Shown here one piece after another: positions 18,174 to 26,721 of a DNA stretch of 64,000 nt. A program made the position numbers and the translations under genes. Under the pieces are notes generated by a model. The model saw only the letters and a list, made by a program, of their open reading frames with translations. It had not been told where the DNA came from and ran no database searches. The DNA is taken from positions 1,558-65,557 of the forward strand of contig CP175956.1 in the NCBI GenBank assembly GCA_046116545.1. The letters run 5' to 3'. Every line of letters starts with the position of its first letter. The first letter of the stretch is position 1. The DNA comes from Candidatus Moraniibacteriota bacterium (GTDB lineage: Bacteria; Patescibacteriota; Minisyncoccia; Moranbacterales; GCA-2747515).

Positions 18174-19695
18174 TTCAGTGTTACCCACAGCACTGATAAA
18201 CAAAATGATGAAAGACCGTGCAGTACGTACAAGTATTACGAAAGATAGCTTTATGTATTTCTTTCACTTTTACTATGCACATTATGTAAAATATCCAACA
18301 GCCGACTTTCAAAAAGAAATCATGCACCATCTTGAGACAAGTGCAACGGAAAATTTGTATGTGGTTGCTTTTCGTGGATCAGGTAAATCAACAGTTGTAA
18401 CAACTGCTTACCCTATTTGGGCAATACTTGGTAAACAACAAAAAAAGTTTTGTATGATCTTTACACAAACACAGGCACAAGCAAAACAGCACATGATGAA
18501 TATTCGCACGGAGCTTGAAGGTAATGAACTTCTCAAAAGAGACCTTGGACCATTTCAAGAAGAAAGTGATGAATGGGGTTCTCATTCGTTAGTTTTTAAA
18601 AAACACGGTGCACGCATTACAGTTGCTTCTACGGAGCAAAGTATTCGTGGTATCCGTCACAACGAACATCGACCTGATCTTTTTATTTGTGATGATGTTG
18701 AAGACGTACAATCAACTAAAACACGTGAGAGTCGAAATAAAACATATAACTGGTTGCGTGGCGAGGTTGTTCCTGCAGGTGATCGTAATACGAGACTTAT
18801 TATCGTTGGAAATCTACTACATGAAGATTCCCTACTAATGAGAATTAAAGATGAGGTTTCACAAGATAAGGCCGATGGCATATTTAAGTCCTATCCCCTC
18901 CTCGATGACAAGGAACATTGCATATGGCCAGGAAAGTATCCTGATGCTAAAGCATTGGAGAAAGAAAAAAAGAGTGTTGCAAGTGAATTATCTTGGCAAC
19001 GTGAATACCTCTTACGCATTATACCAAGTGATGATCAAGTTATTTATCCAGAATGGCTTCAGTACTATGATGAATTGCCTGGTGAAGATCACAAAGGTTA
19101 CCGTGCAACATATGCGGGAGTAGATCTTGCAATTTCCACAAAGGATTCTGCGGATGATACTGCCATTGTATTTGCTCACATCTATTCTCGATCAGACAAC
19201 CTAAGAATCTACATTCTACCAAATCCTATTGTAAAAAAGATTACATTTCCAGAACAAGTTGATCTTATGAAAGATATTACAAATACTCATCTTTCAGGTG
19301 AAGGTAGTAAGTTATTTGTTGAAAGTGTTGCCTACCAAGAGGCACTACCTCAAATGCTTGAGCATCAAGGAATTAATGCAACAGCCATTAAACCTAAGGG
19401 CGACAAGCGAACACGCCTTGCACTTACATCAACAGCAATAAAATCTGGGATTATTAAGTTTCCACGTAAAGGTTGTAAAAGATTAATTGAACAACTTGTT
19501 GGTTTTGGTGTAGAAAAACATGATGATCTAGCTGATGCATTTTCATTACTCATCAATGCAACAATGGACGAACATTCCAATGAAGGTACTATTCTTCTGT
19601 TTTGGTTAGGTAGTGATGATGACGACGATACACTCTACTGTAGCGACTACGTCGATATGGACAAAAATTGCGATAGAAAGGGTCGACCATTGTAA
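18154..19695 (+). CDS. terL: Phage terminase large subunit
   Basis: Walker A AFRGSGKST, Walker B ICDDVE, nuclease GVDLA and HDDLADA. Confidence 0.9.
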   Translation: MTKRKTNSVLPTALINKMMKDRAVRTSITKDSFMYFFHFYYAHYVKYPTADFQKEIMHHLETSATENLYVVAFRGSGKSTVVTTAYPIWAILGKQQKKFCMIFTQTQAQAKQHMMNIRTELEGNELLKRDLGPFQEESDEWGSHSLVFKKHGARITVASTEQSIRGIRHNEHRPDLFICDDVEDVQSTKTRESRNKTYNWLRGEVVPAGDRNTRLIIVGNLLHEDSLLMRIKDEVSQDKADGIFKSYPLLDDKEHCIWPGKYPDAKALEKEKKSVASELSWQREYLLRIIPSDDQVIYPEWLQYYDELPGEDHKGYRATYAGVDLAISTKDSADDTAIVFAHIYSRSDNLRIYILPNPIVKKITFPEQVDLMKDITNTHLSGEGSKLFVESVAYQEALPQMLEHQGINATAIKPKGDKRTRLALTSTAIKSGIIKFPRKGCKRLIEQLVGFGVEKHDDLADAFSLLINATMDEHSNEGTILLFWLGSDDDDDTLYCSDYVDMDKNCDRKGRPL

Positions 19696-19777
19696 CGCAG
19701 TTCATGTATTTTGCATAGACTTAGCAAAACATACATTCTCTGTCATTAATAGATATATAACAATTTATTAATGATGT

Positions 19778-21076
19778 ATGACGACACAAGAATTATCAAC
19801 AGAAAATATTCGCTATTGCCTATATGCTCGTAAGTCAACTGAATCTGATGAAAAACAAGCTTTATCGATTGAGTCACAAATTAAAGAAATGCTTGCAATT
19901 GCAGAACGTGAAAATCTTAATGTCATTGATATTAGACGTGAATCGCATTCTGCAAAAGATTCTGGGACACGTCCAGTATTTAAAGAACTTTTAGAAGATA
20001 TTCAAAGAGGTCGATATACTGGAATAATAACATGGGCACCTGATCGATTATCTCGTAATGCTGGTGACTTAGGATCTATTGTAGATCTCATGGATGAACA
20101 GAAATTAGCAGAGATTCGTACTTATGGTCAAACATTTAGAAACTCTCCAAATGAAAAATTTCTTTTGATGATTCTTTGTAGTCAAGCAAAGCTTGAAAAT
20201 GACAATAAAAGCATTAATGTCAAACGAGGCTTACGAGCAAAGGTGGAAATGGGCTTATGGCCATCTGTGGCACCTACTGGATATCTAAATATTAAAGAAA
20301 TTGATAAGAAGGGACATGTAAAAATTGATTCTGAACGTGGTCCTATTATAAAAAAAATATTTGAAAAAGTTGCCTATGAAAAGTGGTCTGGAAGGAAGGT
20401 CTATAATTGGTTAAGATTTGAACTTAACTTCAAAACAGCAGCAGGTAACAAAAATTTATCTTTAAGTAATATATATCTTGTACTTCAAAACACTTTCTAC
20501 TATGGTACTTTTGAATATCCTCGTGGAAGTGGTAACTGGTATAAAGGAAAGCATAAGCCTATCATCACCAAAGAGCTATTTGATCAAGTACAAGAGCAAG
20601 TCAAAAGCCAAGCACTTACAGCTCGAAAATCAAAAGAATTTGCATTTACCAAAATTATGATATGTGGACAATGTGGCTCAGGCATATCAGCTGATGAGAA
20701 ATTTAAAAAACTTGCAAGTGGTGATGTTAAAAGATATGTATATTACCTATGTGCAAAATCAAAAGATGTTAATTGCAAAGGGTGTTACACCGAAGAAAAA
20801 GCTCTAATTCAAGAATTTAAAAAACTTGTCGATACAATTGGCATTAATGAAAAAGTTATGCGGGAGAAAATTAAAAAAGAGGTAACTCGAATTAAAAAAT
20901 TTCAACAATCTTTACTTAATATTGAGCAAGATATAAAAATTAGTGAAATTGATATTAAGAACTATGCAAAATTTATATTAAATGACGGTGATCTTTATGA
21001 AAAACGAGAATTACTTGATTGCTTTCAGGGTAAATTAGTATTAAAAGATAAAAAATTAACATTACAAAAAATATGA
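19778..21076 (+). CDS. Large serine recombinase (resolvase + recombinase + zinc ribbon)
   Basis: YARKST catalytic Ser, DRLSRN, APTGY, CGQCG and YYLC...C. Confidence 0.95.
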   Translation: MTTQELSTENIRYCLYARKSTESDEKQALSIESQIKEMLAIAERENLNVIDIRRESHSAKDSGTRPVFKELLEDIQRGRYTGIITWAPDRLSRNAGDLGSIVDLMDEQKLAEIRTYGQTFRNSPNEKFLLMILCSQAKLENDNKSINVKRGLRAKVEMGLWPSVAPTGYLNIKEIDKKGHVKIDSERGPIIKKIFEKVAYEKWSGRKVYNWLRFELNFKTAAGNKNLSLSNIYLVLQNTFYYGTFEYPRGSGNWYKGKHKPIITKELFDQVQEQVKSQALTARKSKEFAFTKIMICGQCGSGISADEKFKKLASGDVKRYVYYLCAKSKDVNCKGCYTEEKALIQEFKKLVDTIGINEKVMREKIKKEVTRIKKFQQSLLNIEQDIKISEIDIKNYAKFILNDGDLYEKRELLDCFQGKLVLKDKKLTLQKI

Positions 21077-21138
21077 GACCACCCTAAAAATAACTGACAC
21101 ACCCGTATTGAAAAAGTTCTTTTAAAAGTGTATAGTAA

Positions 21139-21298
21139 AGATACAATTTGAAAAACAGGCCCAACCGCCAATTATGGTGAGTGGTCTGAAAATCCAACCA
21201 AAGCAGTAAACTCCTCGTGAGGATGCCTTTGGTTGGTCATATCTAGGAATAGATATGGAGTCAGAAATGGCTCACCTTGCGGGGAGCTTTTTGTATCT
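21139..21298 (+). ncRNA. Candidate structured RNA/leader
   Basis: TTGAAA-N17-TATAGT promoter (21108-21136); closing helix agatacaa/ttgtatct; several hairpins, three with GNRA loops; terminator-like end. Confidence 0.5.
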
Positions 21299-21334
21299 CC
21301 CGCAATTATAATTAACCTAATGCAAATAACGCGT

Positions 21335-22276
21335 ATGAAAAATATACCAAAACCAACACTAATCACTATTGTAATAGCAATATTGCTATTTGTTATCATG
21401 CCAAAAGATGACTTTTTTATGCTGTGGCTGCTTATATTCTTATTTTCATTTTTAATCAGCTGGTTGGCACCTAAAATATTTTATCCTATTTTTGCACACA
21501 AACTATCAAAAGGACTATTGAGAACGGTACTTGGCTTATTGACAGTAGCCTGTTTTGTATTATTTGGAATAACAACAAATATGATTACAGATAATGAACA
21601 AAAAATTAAAAAAGATACTGCCAATATTGCAAGTCAAAAGTCGGAGACACTAATTACAAAAGCTGAAAGTTACATCAATGATAATAATATAGAACAAGCA
21701 ACAGTTGTATTATTAGAAGCTAAAAAATTAGATCCTCGCAATAGCAATGTATCAACTCTCCAAAGAGATATTAATAGACTGCAAGATTCTGATGAAATCA
21801 AAAAAATACTAACAAAAATGTCTGATGATGATTTTAATTTACTAATAGACAACAAATTACTTACGGAATTTCTTGTCAATAAAAAATTAAATGAATTATT
21901 TATTAAAGAATTACAAAATGATGGGAATGCAAGAAAAGATTATGTAATTGAAGCTGAACAAAAAAGAAAAGAGGCTGAAAAAGAGAATCAAGAGAAGGCT
22001 GATGAGGAAGAAAGGCTAAAACGAGAATCAACCCTAGAAAGTCAATTCAGTGCATGGGATGGATCACATAGAAACCTTTCGCGTATGATTAAAGATTCCA
22101 TGAATGATCCAAAAAGTTATGATCATGTGGAAACTAGATATTTTGATATGGAAGATCATCTAGTTGTAATCACTACATTTAGAGGATCAAATGCATTTGG
22201 TGCACTTATAAAAAATACTGTCAAAGCAAAAGTGTCACTAGAAGGTGATGTACTCGAAATCATTGAACAATTTTAA
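21335..22276 (+). CDS. Membrane protein with TPR-like segment and C-terminal WDGSH...FRGxNAFG domain
   Basis: 3 TM, helical/coiled region; start uncertain (21320 or 21335). Confidence 0.75.
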   Translation: MKNIPKPTLITIVIAILLFVIMPKDDFFMLWLLIFLFSFLISWLAPKIFYPIFAHKLSKGLLRTVLGLLTVACFVLFGITTNMITDNEQKIKKDTANIASQKSETLITKAESYINDNNIEQATVVLLEAKKLDPRNSNVSTLQRDINRLQDSDEIKKILTKMSDDDFNLLIDNKLLTEFLVNKKLNELFIKELQNDGNARKDYVIEAEQKRKEAEKENQEKADEEERLKRESTLESQFSAWDGSHRNLSRMIKDSMNDPKSYDHVETRYFDMEDHLVVITTFRGSNAFGALIKNTVKAKVSLEGDVLEIIEQF

Positions 22277-22307
22277 AAAAATACAATCACTCTATATAAA
22301 CTATATC

Positions 22308-22345
22308 AAAAGAAGGCTACTCTAAAATGAGTAACCTTCTTTTTT
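22308..22345. terminator. Bidirectional intrinsic terminator
   Basis: aaaagaaggctactc/gagtaaccttctttttt between convergent genes. Confidence 0.7.
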
Positions 22346-22372
22346 GTTTTATATATCTATATTTAAAAAATA

Positions 22373-23488
22373 TTATACATCAATTTTTTTAACATACTTT
22401 TCAAAAACTGGTTGCATTTTTATTAAACCATCTAGTAAAAATGTAATTATCTCAGCATGATCTTCTGTACTATAAACACTTACTTCATTATTTTGTCGTT
22501 TAATTCGTGAAGTAACTTTGTCTTCCATACGTTCCCATTCCAACTCCAACCCAATCTCTCGCTCTATTTCCTCCTTATATGATTCAAATGCATCAAATAT
22601 TTTTTTATTTTCTTCCTTTTTTCCACGATTAATATAAACCTCGTAGCGTGCATATTTCCCAGACACTACAAGACTCATTGATACACCGGACTTTCCTAGT
22701 CCTACAGGAATCCACATTTCAGTTCTTGCTGTTAAATTTTCTGTTAGATGTTTAGTTTGCTCCGTTTTACTTGATGATTCCAGAAATTTTGACCAAAAAG
22801 ATTTTATTTTTTCTTGCCTAGAGCCACGAACCCTCTGACTCAATGTTTCTTTCTTTTGCTTTTCTGCAATCTTAATCATAAATTCTTCTGCATCTTCAAG
22901 TGGAATAATCTGTTTAAAGTCAATAATATAATCTTCTTTGAGTTTATATGGTGTAGCCTTAAAGCACACAATGTCTATCCCATTATTTAAAAGCCACATT
23001 ACAGTCGATGTAACTTCTTTTCTATAGCTACCTGAAACTAAAATCATTCTTTGTGAATAACCTATATTAACTTTTTCAGCATATTCTTCACCATCAAAAA
23101 ATTCTGCTAACATATCCCTTGCACTCTCTTCACAATTTATATCTTCAAGATAATCAGCATATATCATTTCGATATCCTCAATCGATAAACTTGAACAATA
23201 CGACACATATTTCAATGCTTGCCATGTAACGTCTTTTCCCGTGCTATCCAGCTTATTTTCAATAATCACTAAATTACCAGATTTATCTAAGGCTAACAAG
23301 TCCAACCTTTCTTTTGTCTCATCAAATCCTGCAAATTCTTTTTGAATAATTAAGAGTTCTTCTCCAAGGCATGATGGATTTTTTGCTATCCACTCTTGTA
23401 AATTCTTTCGTTCCTTAAATCCAGCCTCTGAAAAAGTTACTGGCGATATTTCATTTAGATCATTATTACTTTTATCTATTATGTACAT
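22373..23488 (-). CDS. NucS-like PD-(D/E)xK endonuclease + DUF4268 domain protein
   Basis: ERKNLQEWI, RLDLLALD...VIIENK, QALKY; FWSKF...LEWERM C-terminus. Confidence 0.85.
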   Translation of the reverse strand: MYIIDKSNNDLNEISPVTFSEAGFKERKNLQEWIAKNPSCLGEELLIIQKEFAGFDETKERLDLLALDKSGNLVIIENKLDSTGKDVTWQALKYVSYCSSLSIEDIEMIYADYLEDINCEESARDMLAEFFDGEEYAEKVNIGYSQRMILVSGSYRKEVTSTVMWLLNNGIDIVCFKATPYKLKEDYIIDFKQIIPLEDAEEFMIKIAEKQKKETLSQRVRGSRQEKIKSFWSKFLESSSKTEQTKHLTENLTARTEMWIPVGLGKSGVSMSLVVSGKYARYEVYINRGKKEENKKIFDAFESYKEEIEREIGLELEWERMEDKVTSRIKRQNNEVSVYSTEDHAEIITFLLDGLIKMQPVFEKYVKKIDV

Positions 23489-23545
23489 ATTTTTATTTAT
23501 TATATTTTTTATTTATACTAAAAATTCTAAAATCTGATTTGTAAA

Positions 23546-24226
23546 TTAACTTAATATAGCAAATAATTGTGCCATGGTTGGGTGATTTTTATCATAAAAA
23601 TATTCCAACTGCCCTTTTCCATTATCTATTTTTCTCATTAAGAATTCTTTGCTCTCATCTGGTTTTTCTCTTAAATCACAAGTTCTGTCTAGACTTAGCA
23701 ATATATCTATATTTGAATATTCCTCTTTCCCACCGTTTTCATCTTTCAAATAATAAATAACTCCTGTAGAATTATCTATCTCCCAATGAAACCTTTTTAA
23801 AACTGTTTTATGTTTTAGATCAACTTTATATGCAAATAAAATAAATTTCATTTTATCATTCACATGCTTCATTCCTTTTATTCTTGCTATGTCTTTGTCA
23901 TATTTTTTTAAATCACCTCCCGTAGCATTGCTTTTTATTTCAATAACAAATAATACATCTCTTATATCCACTATTTCTTGATTTCCAATTTTTCTAGTTG
24001 GAGCATTGGCATCCAATAAAATACAATCACATTGAGGACTTTGCTTTCCATTTTCATCAACAATAACACCATTGATTGCTCTGTATCTCGGCAATCTTTT
24101 AATAATAACTTCTTTCAGAAAATCCTCCCTAACTTCTCCTCTTGTAAGTTTATGTTCTATAGTTTCTGAAACTTCATATTGAGCTATTAATAAATTTTGT
24201 ATATATTCATCATATTTTCTAAGCAT
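23546..24226 (-). CDS. PD-(D/E)xK nuclease-like protein (DUF6602-like)
   Basis: HKLTRGEVRE, SPQCDCIL, VIEIKS. Confidence 0.75.
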   Translation of the reverse strand: MLRKYDEYIQNLLIAQYEVSETIEHKLTRGEVREDFLKEVIIKRLPRYRAINGVIVDENGKQSPQCDCILLDANAPTRKIGNQEIVDIRDVLFVIEIKSNATGGDLKKYDKDIARIKGMKHVNDKMKFILFAYKVDLKHKTVLKRFHWEIDNSTGVIYYLKDENGGKEEYSNIDILLSLDRTCDLREKPDESKEFLMRKIDNGKGQLEYFYDKNHPTMAQLFAILS

Positions 24227-24239
24227 AATAATACATAAA

Positions 24240-26717
24240 TTATTGTCCCCAAACTTCAGAGATTTTAGTTTTTAGTTTTTGTTCAAAAATTTCAATGAGT
24301 TTTTTATTTGCATCAACTATTTTTTGTTCTATTTCAATGTCTTCTATAATTTTTTCTTGTATTTTCATTGGAGCTAAAGGAAATTTTAATGTTTTTAAAA
24401 TTCTACCATTGAGCACTGGCATTGTTACACCTCCAGCTTTTTGATTAAGTTGAGAAAAAATCAAATCACTTTGAAAATATTTTTGAAAAAATATCGGCAT
24501 CATTTTTTCTTCATCTAATGTAATTTTTATTAAGCGAGGATTTATAATACCCTTCTCAAATACAGGCGGAACAATAACTATTTTTCCTATAGTTCCAACA
24601 AGGCTAATTAAGATGTCATCAGTCTTTATTTTACAGCTCTCTAATTCTCTAAATTTTTCCTCATCAATATAATAATTGCCGTATGTAAAATCATTCTTAA
24701 TTACGTGTTCTTGTCCATAAATTTTATAACCACTTTTTACATAAAATTCTTTTTTAAGAGAGGATCCAAAAGGTCCTGCTTTCATGGAATGCTTCTTATC
24801 TGATAATAATTTTTCTAGTTCCACCATTTCCCAATCTGGATCAATTTTTATATTTGGTTTCCAGTTTTCTACAACCTGTTTTGCTCCGTCGATAACTTTT
24901 TGATAACCGTCTAATTCTTTGACAATTTGTTTTTGAATTTCAAGAGGTGGAAGTGGGATTTTAATTTTTGCATATTGTGATATCCAATACCTTTTATGAG
25001 TAGAAGAGTTAAAATCTATATTTTTCATCATTAAAAATATAAAATCAATACTAGATAATGTTTTATCTTTTATTTTTAATATTTTCATGGCTGATGATTT
25101 AACCTTAAACGGAAAATCAACAAACTTTGTTGCAGTAGTAAAATCATCAAATATAATAACTGGAAGGTGATCTTCTGAGAAAATTCCATCATTTTCATCT
25201 GTATATCCAAGTAAAAAACTCTTACCAGCAGTTAAAACTGGTATTTTATAATTTTTATTATAGTTAGTTGAGCTAACTATATAATTAGTTGGTTGTTCGT
25301 AATCTAAAACATCTCCCAACTCCACCATCTCCCACTTAACATTAGAATAATCTACAACTTCCCTATATCTATCTCCTATCAGATTATAATCTCCACTTTC
25401 TACGATTTTTGTTTTTTTAATTGCAAAAGCAATAGTTTGATTTTTCTTTACTTTCTGATTCCCTTTCCATTCTCTCAAAATCTCTAAAGCTAATGGTAAA
25501 TCATTTTTATCTGGAGTTTCTCGCCTCTGCGCTCCTAAATCAAAACCATCTTGATTAATTTTTAAAAATAAAATTTCTTTATTCTTTTTTGTAATATCTT
25601 TGTCAAAAAGTAATATTGAGGTCTTTACTCCAGAATAAGGATTAAAAACCCCGGACGGCAATGACACTACTGCATAGAGCCCATCCTCTACCAAATCTTT
25701 ACGGAGTGCTTTATAAGCATTTGCTGATTGAAAAACAACTCCTTCAGGCACGATGATTCCCGCCCGACCTTTTAAACTAAGATGTTCCAAAATATAATCA
25801 ACAAAAAGAACCTCTGCTCTCTTTGCCTTTGATTTAAATTTTGAATGTGGCTCAATCCCACCTTTTGGTGTCATGAATGGCGGGTTGGCTAAAATTACAT
25901 CAAATTCCTCATCCCAATGTTCCGTTTTTGAAATCGTATCATAAACCTTAATATCTGGATTTTTGAACTTATGTAAATATGTATTTACTTTTGCAGTTTT
26001 TACCATATTTGGGTCAATATCGTACCCTGTGATATTTTTATGAATTTTTGACCTTTCTGAAGCTGTTAACGGGGTTTCTTTACCTGTTGGCTTTCCTGTT
26101 TTGTTATCAATGCCATCATGAGCTTCTATAATATGTTTATAGGCAGAAATTAAAAAACCTGCAGTCCCACAGGCTGGGTCTAAAATCCTATCATCTTTTT
26201 TAGGGTCAATAGCCCTTACAATAAAATCAATGATATGTCGTGGTGTTCTAAACTGTCCTGCATCTCCTTGCGACCCCATAATACTGAGCAGATATTCATA
26301 GGCATTTCCAAGCTCTTCCGAATTGTCGTAATCAAACTGGTTTATTTCTGACAAAAATAATCCTAAAATTCGAGGGTCATTAAACGGTAAATATGTATTC
26401 CTAAAAATTGACCTGAAGAGTTCTGGGATTTTTTCACTTTCTGATATTTTTTTAGTTGCTTCTTGATAACGATTTAATTTATCTTGATTTGTCAGTCTCG
26501 TATCCATTAAATTGTGCCAAGAATACTCTTTCAACTCACCCACGAAAAAACTACCTTTTCCATTTGGTAATCTCCTTGCTTCTTCATCCATATCATCCAT
26601 AAATTTATAAATGAGAGCAATGGTTATTTGTTCCACTTGTTGCATTGGATTTGGCAATACTCCTACCAATACTTGTCTTGCCCCATCTATCCTTCTTTTT
26701 GCTTCTGATGTTAACAT
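24240..26717 (-). CDS. hsdM: Type I RM fused methyltransferase-specificity subunit (HsdM-HsdS)
   Basis: GQFRTPRHII, DPACGTAGFL, NPPF; then two TRDs with IPLPPLEIQKQIV-type repeats. Confidence 0.92.
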   Translation of the reverse strand: MLTSEAKRRIDGARQVLVGVLPNPMQQVEQITIALIYKFMDDMDEEARRLPNGKGSFFVGELKEYSWHNLMDTRLTNQDKLNRYQEATKKISESEKIPELFRSIFRNTYLPFNDPRILGLFLSEINQFDYDNSEELGNAYEYLLSIMGSQGDAGQFRTPRHIIDFIVRAIDPKKDDRILDPACGTAGFLISAYKHIIEAHDGIDNKTGKPTGKETPLTASERSKIHKNITGYDIDPNMVKTAKVNTYLHKFKNPDIKVYDTISKTEHWDEEFDVILANPPFMTPKGGIEPHSKFKSKAKRAEVLFVDYILEHLSLKGRAGIIVPEGVVFQSANAYKALRKDLVEDGLYAVVSLPSGVFNPYSGVKTSILLFDKDITKKNKEILFLKINQDGFDLGAQRRETPDKNDLPLALEILREWKGNQKVKKNQTIAFAIKKTKIVESGDYNLIGDRYREVVDYSNVKWEMVELGDVLDYEQPTNYIVSSTNYNKNYKIPVLTAGKSFLLGYTDENDGIFSEDHLPVIIFDDFTTATKFVDFPFKVKSSAMKILKIKDKTLSSIDFIFLMMKNIDFNSSTHKRYWISQYAKIKIPLPPLEIQKQIVKELDGYQKVIDGAKQVVENWKPNIKIDPDWEMVELEKLLSDKKHSMKAGPFGSSLKKEFYVKSGYKIYGQEHVIKNDFTYGNYYIDEEKFRELESCKIKTDDILISLVGTIGKIVIVPPVFEKGIINPRLIKITLDEEKMMPIFFQKYFQSDLIFSQLNQKAGGVTMPVLNGRILKTLKFPLAPMKIQEKIIEDIEIEQKIVDANKKLIEIFEQKLKTKISEVWGQ

Positions 26718-26721
26718 AATT

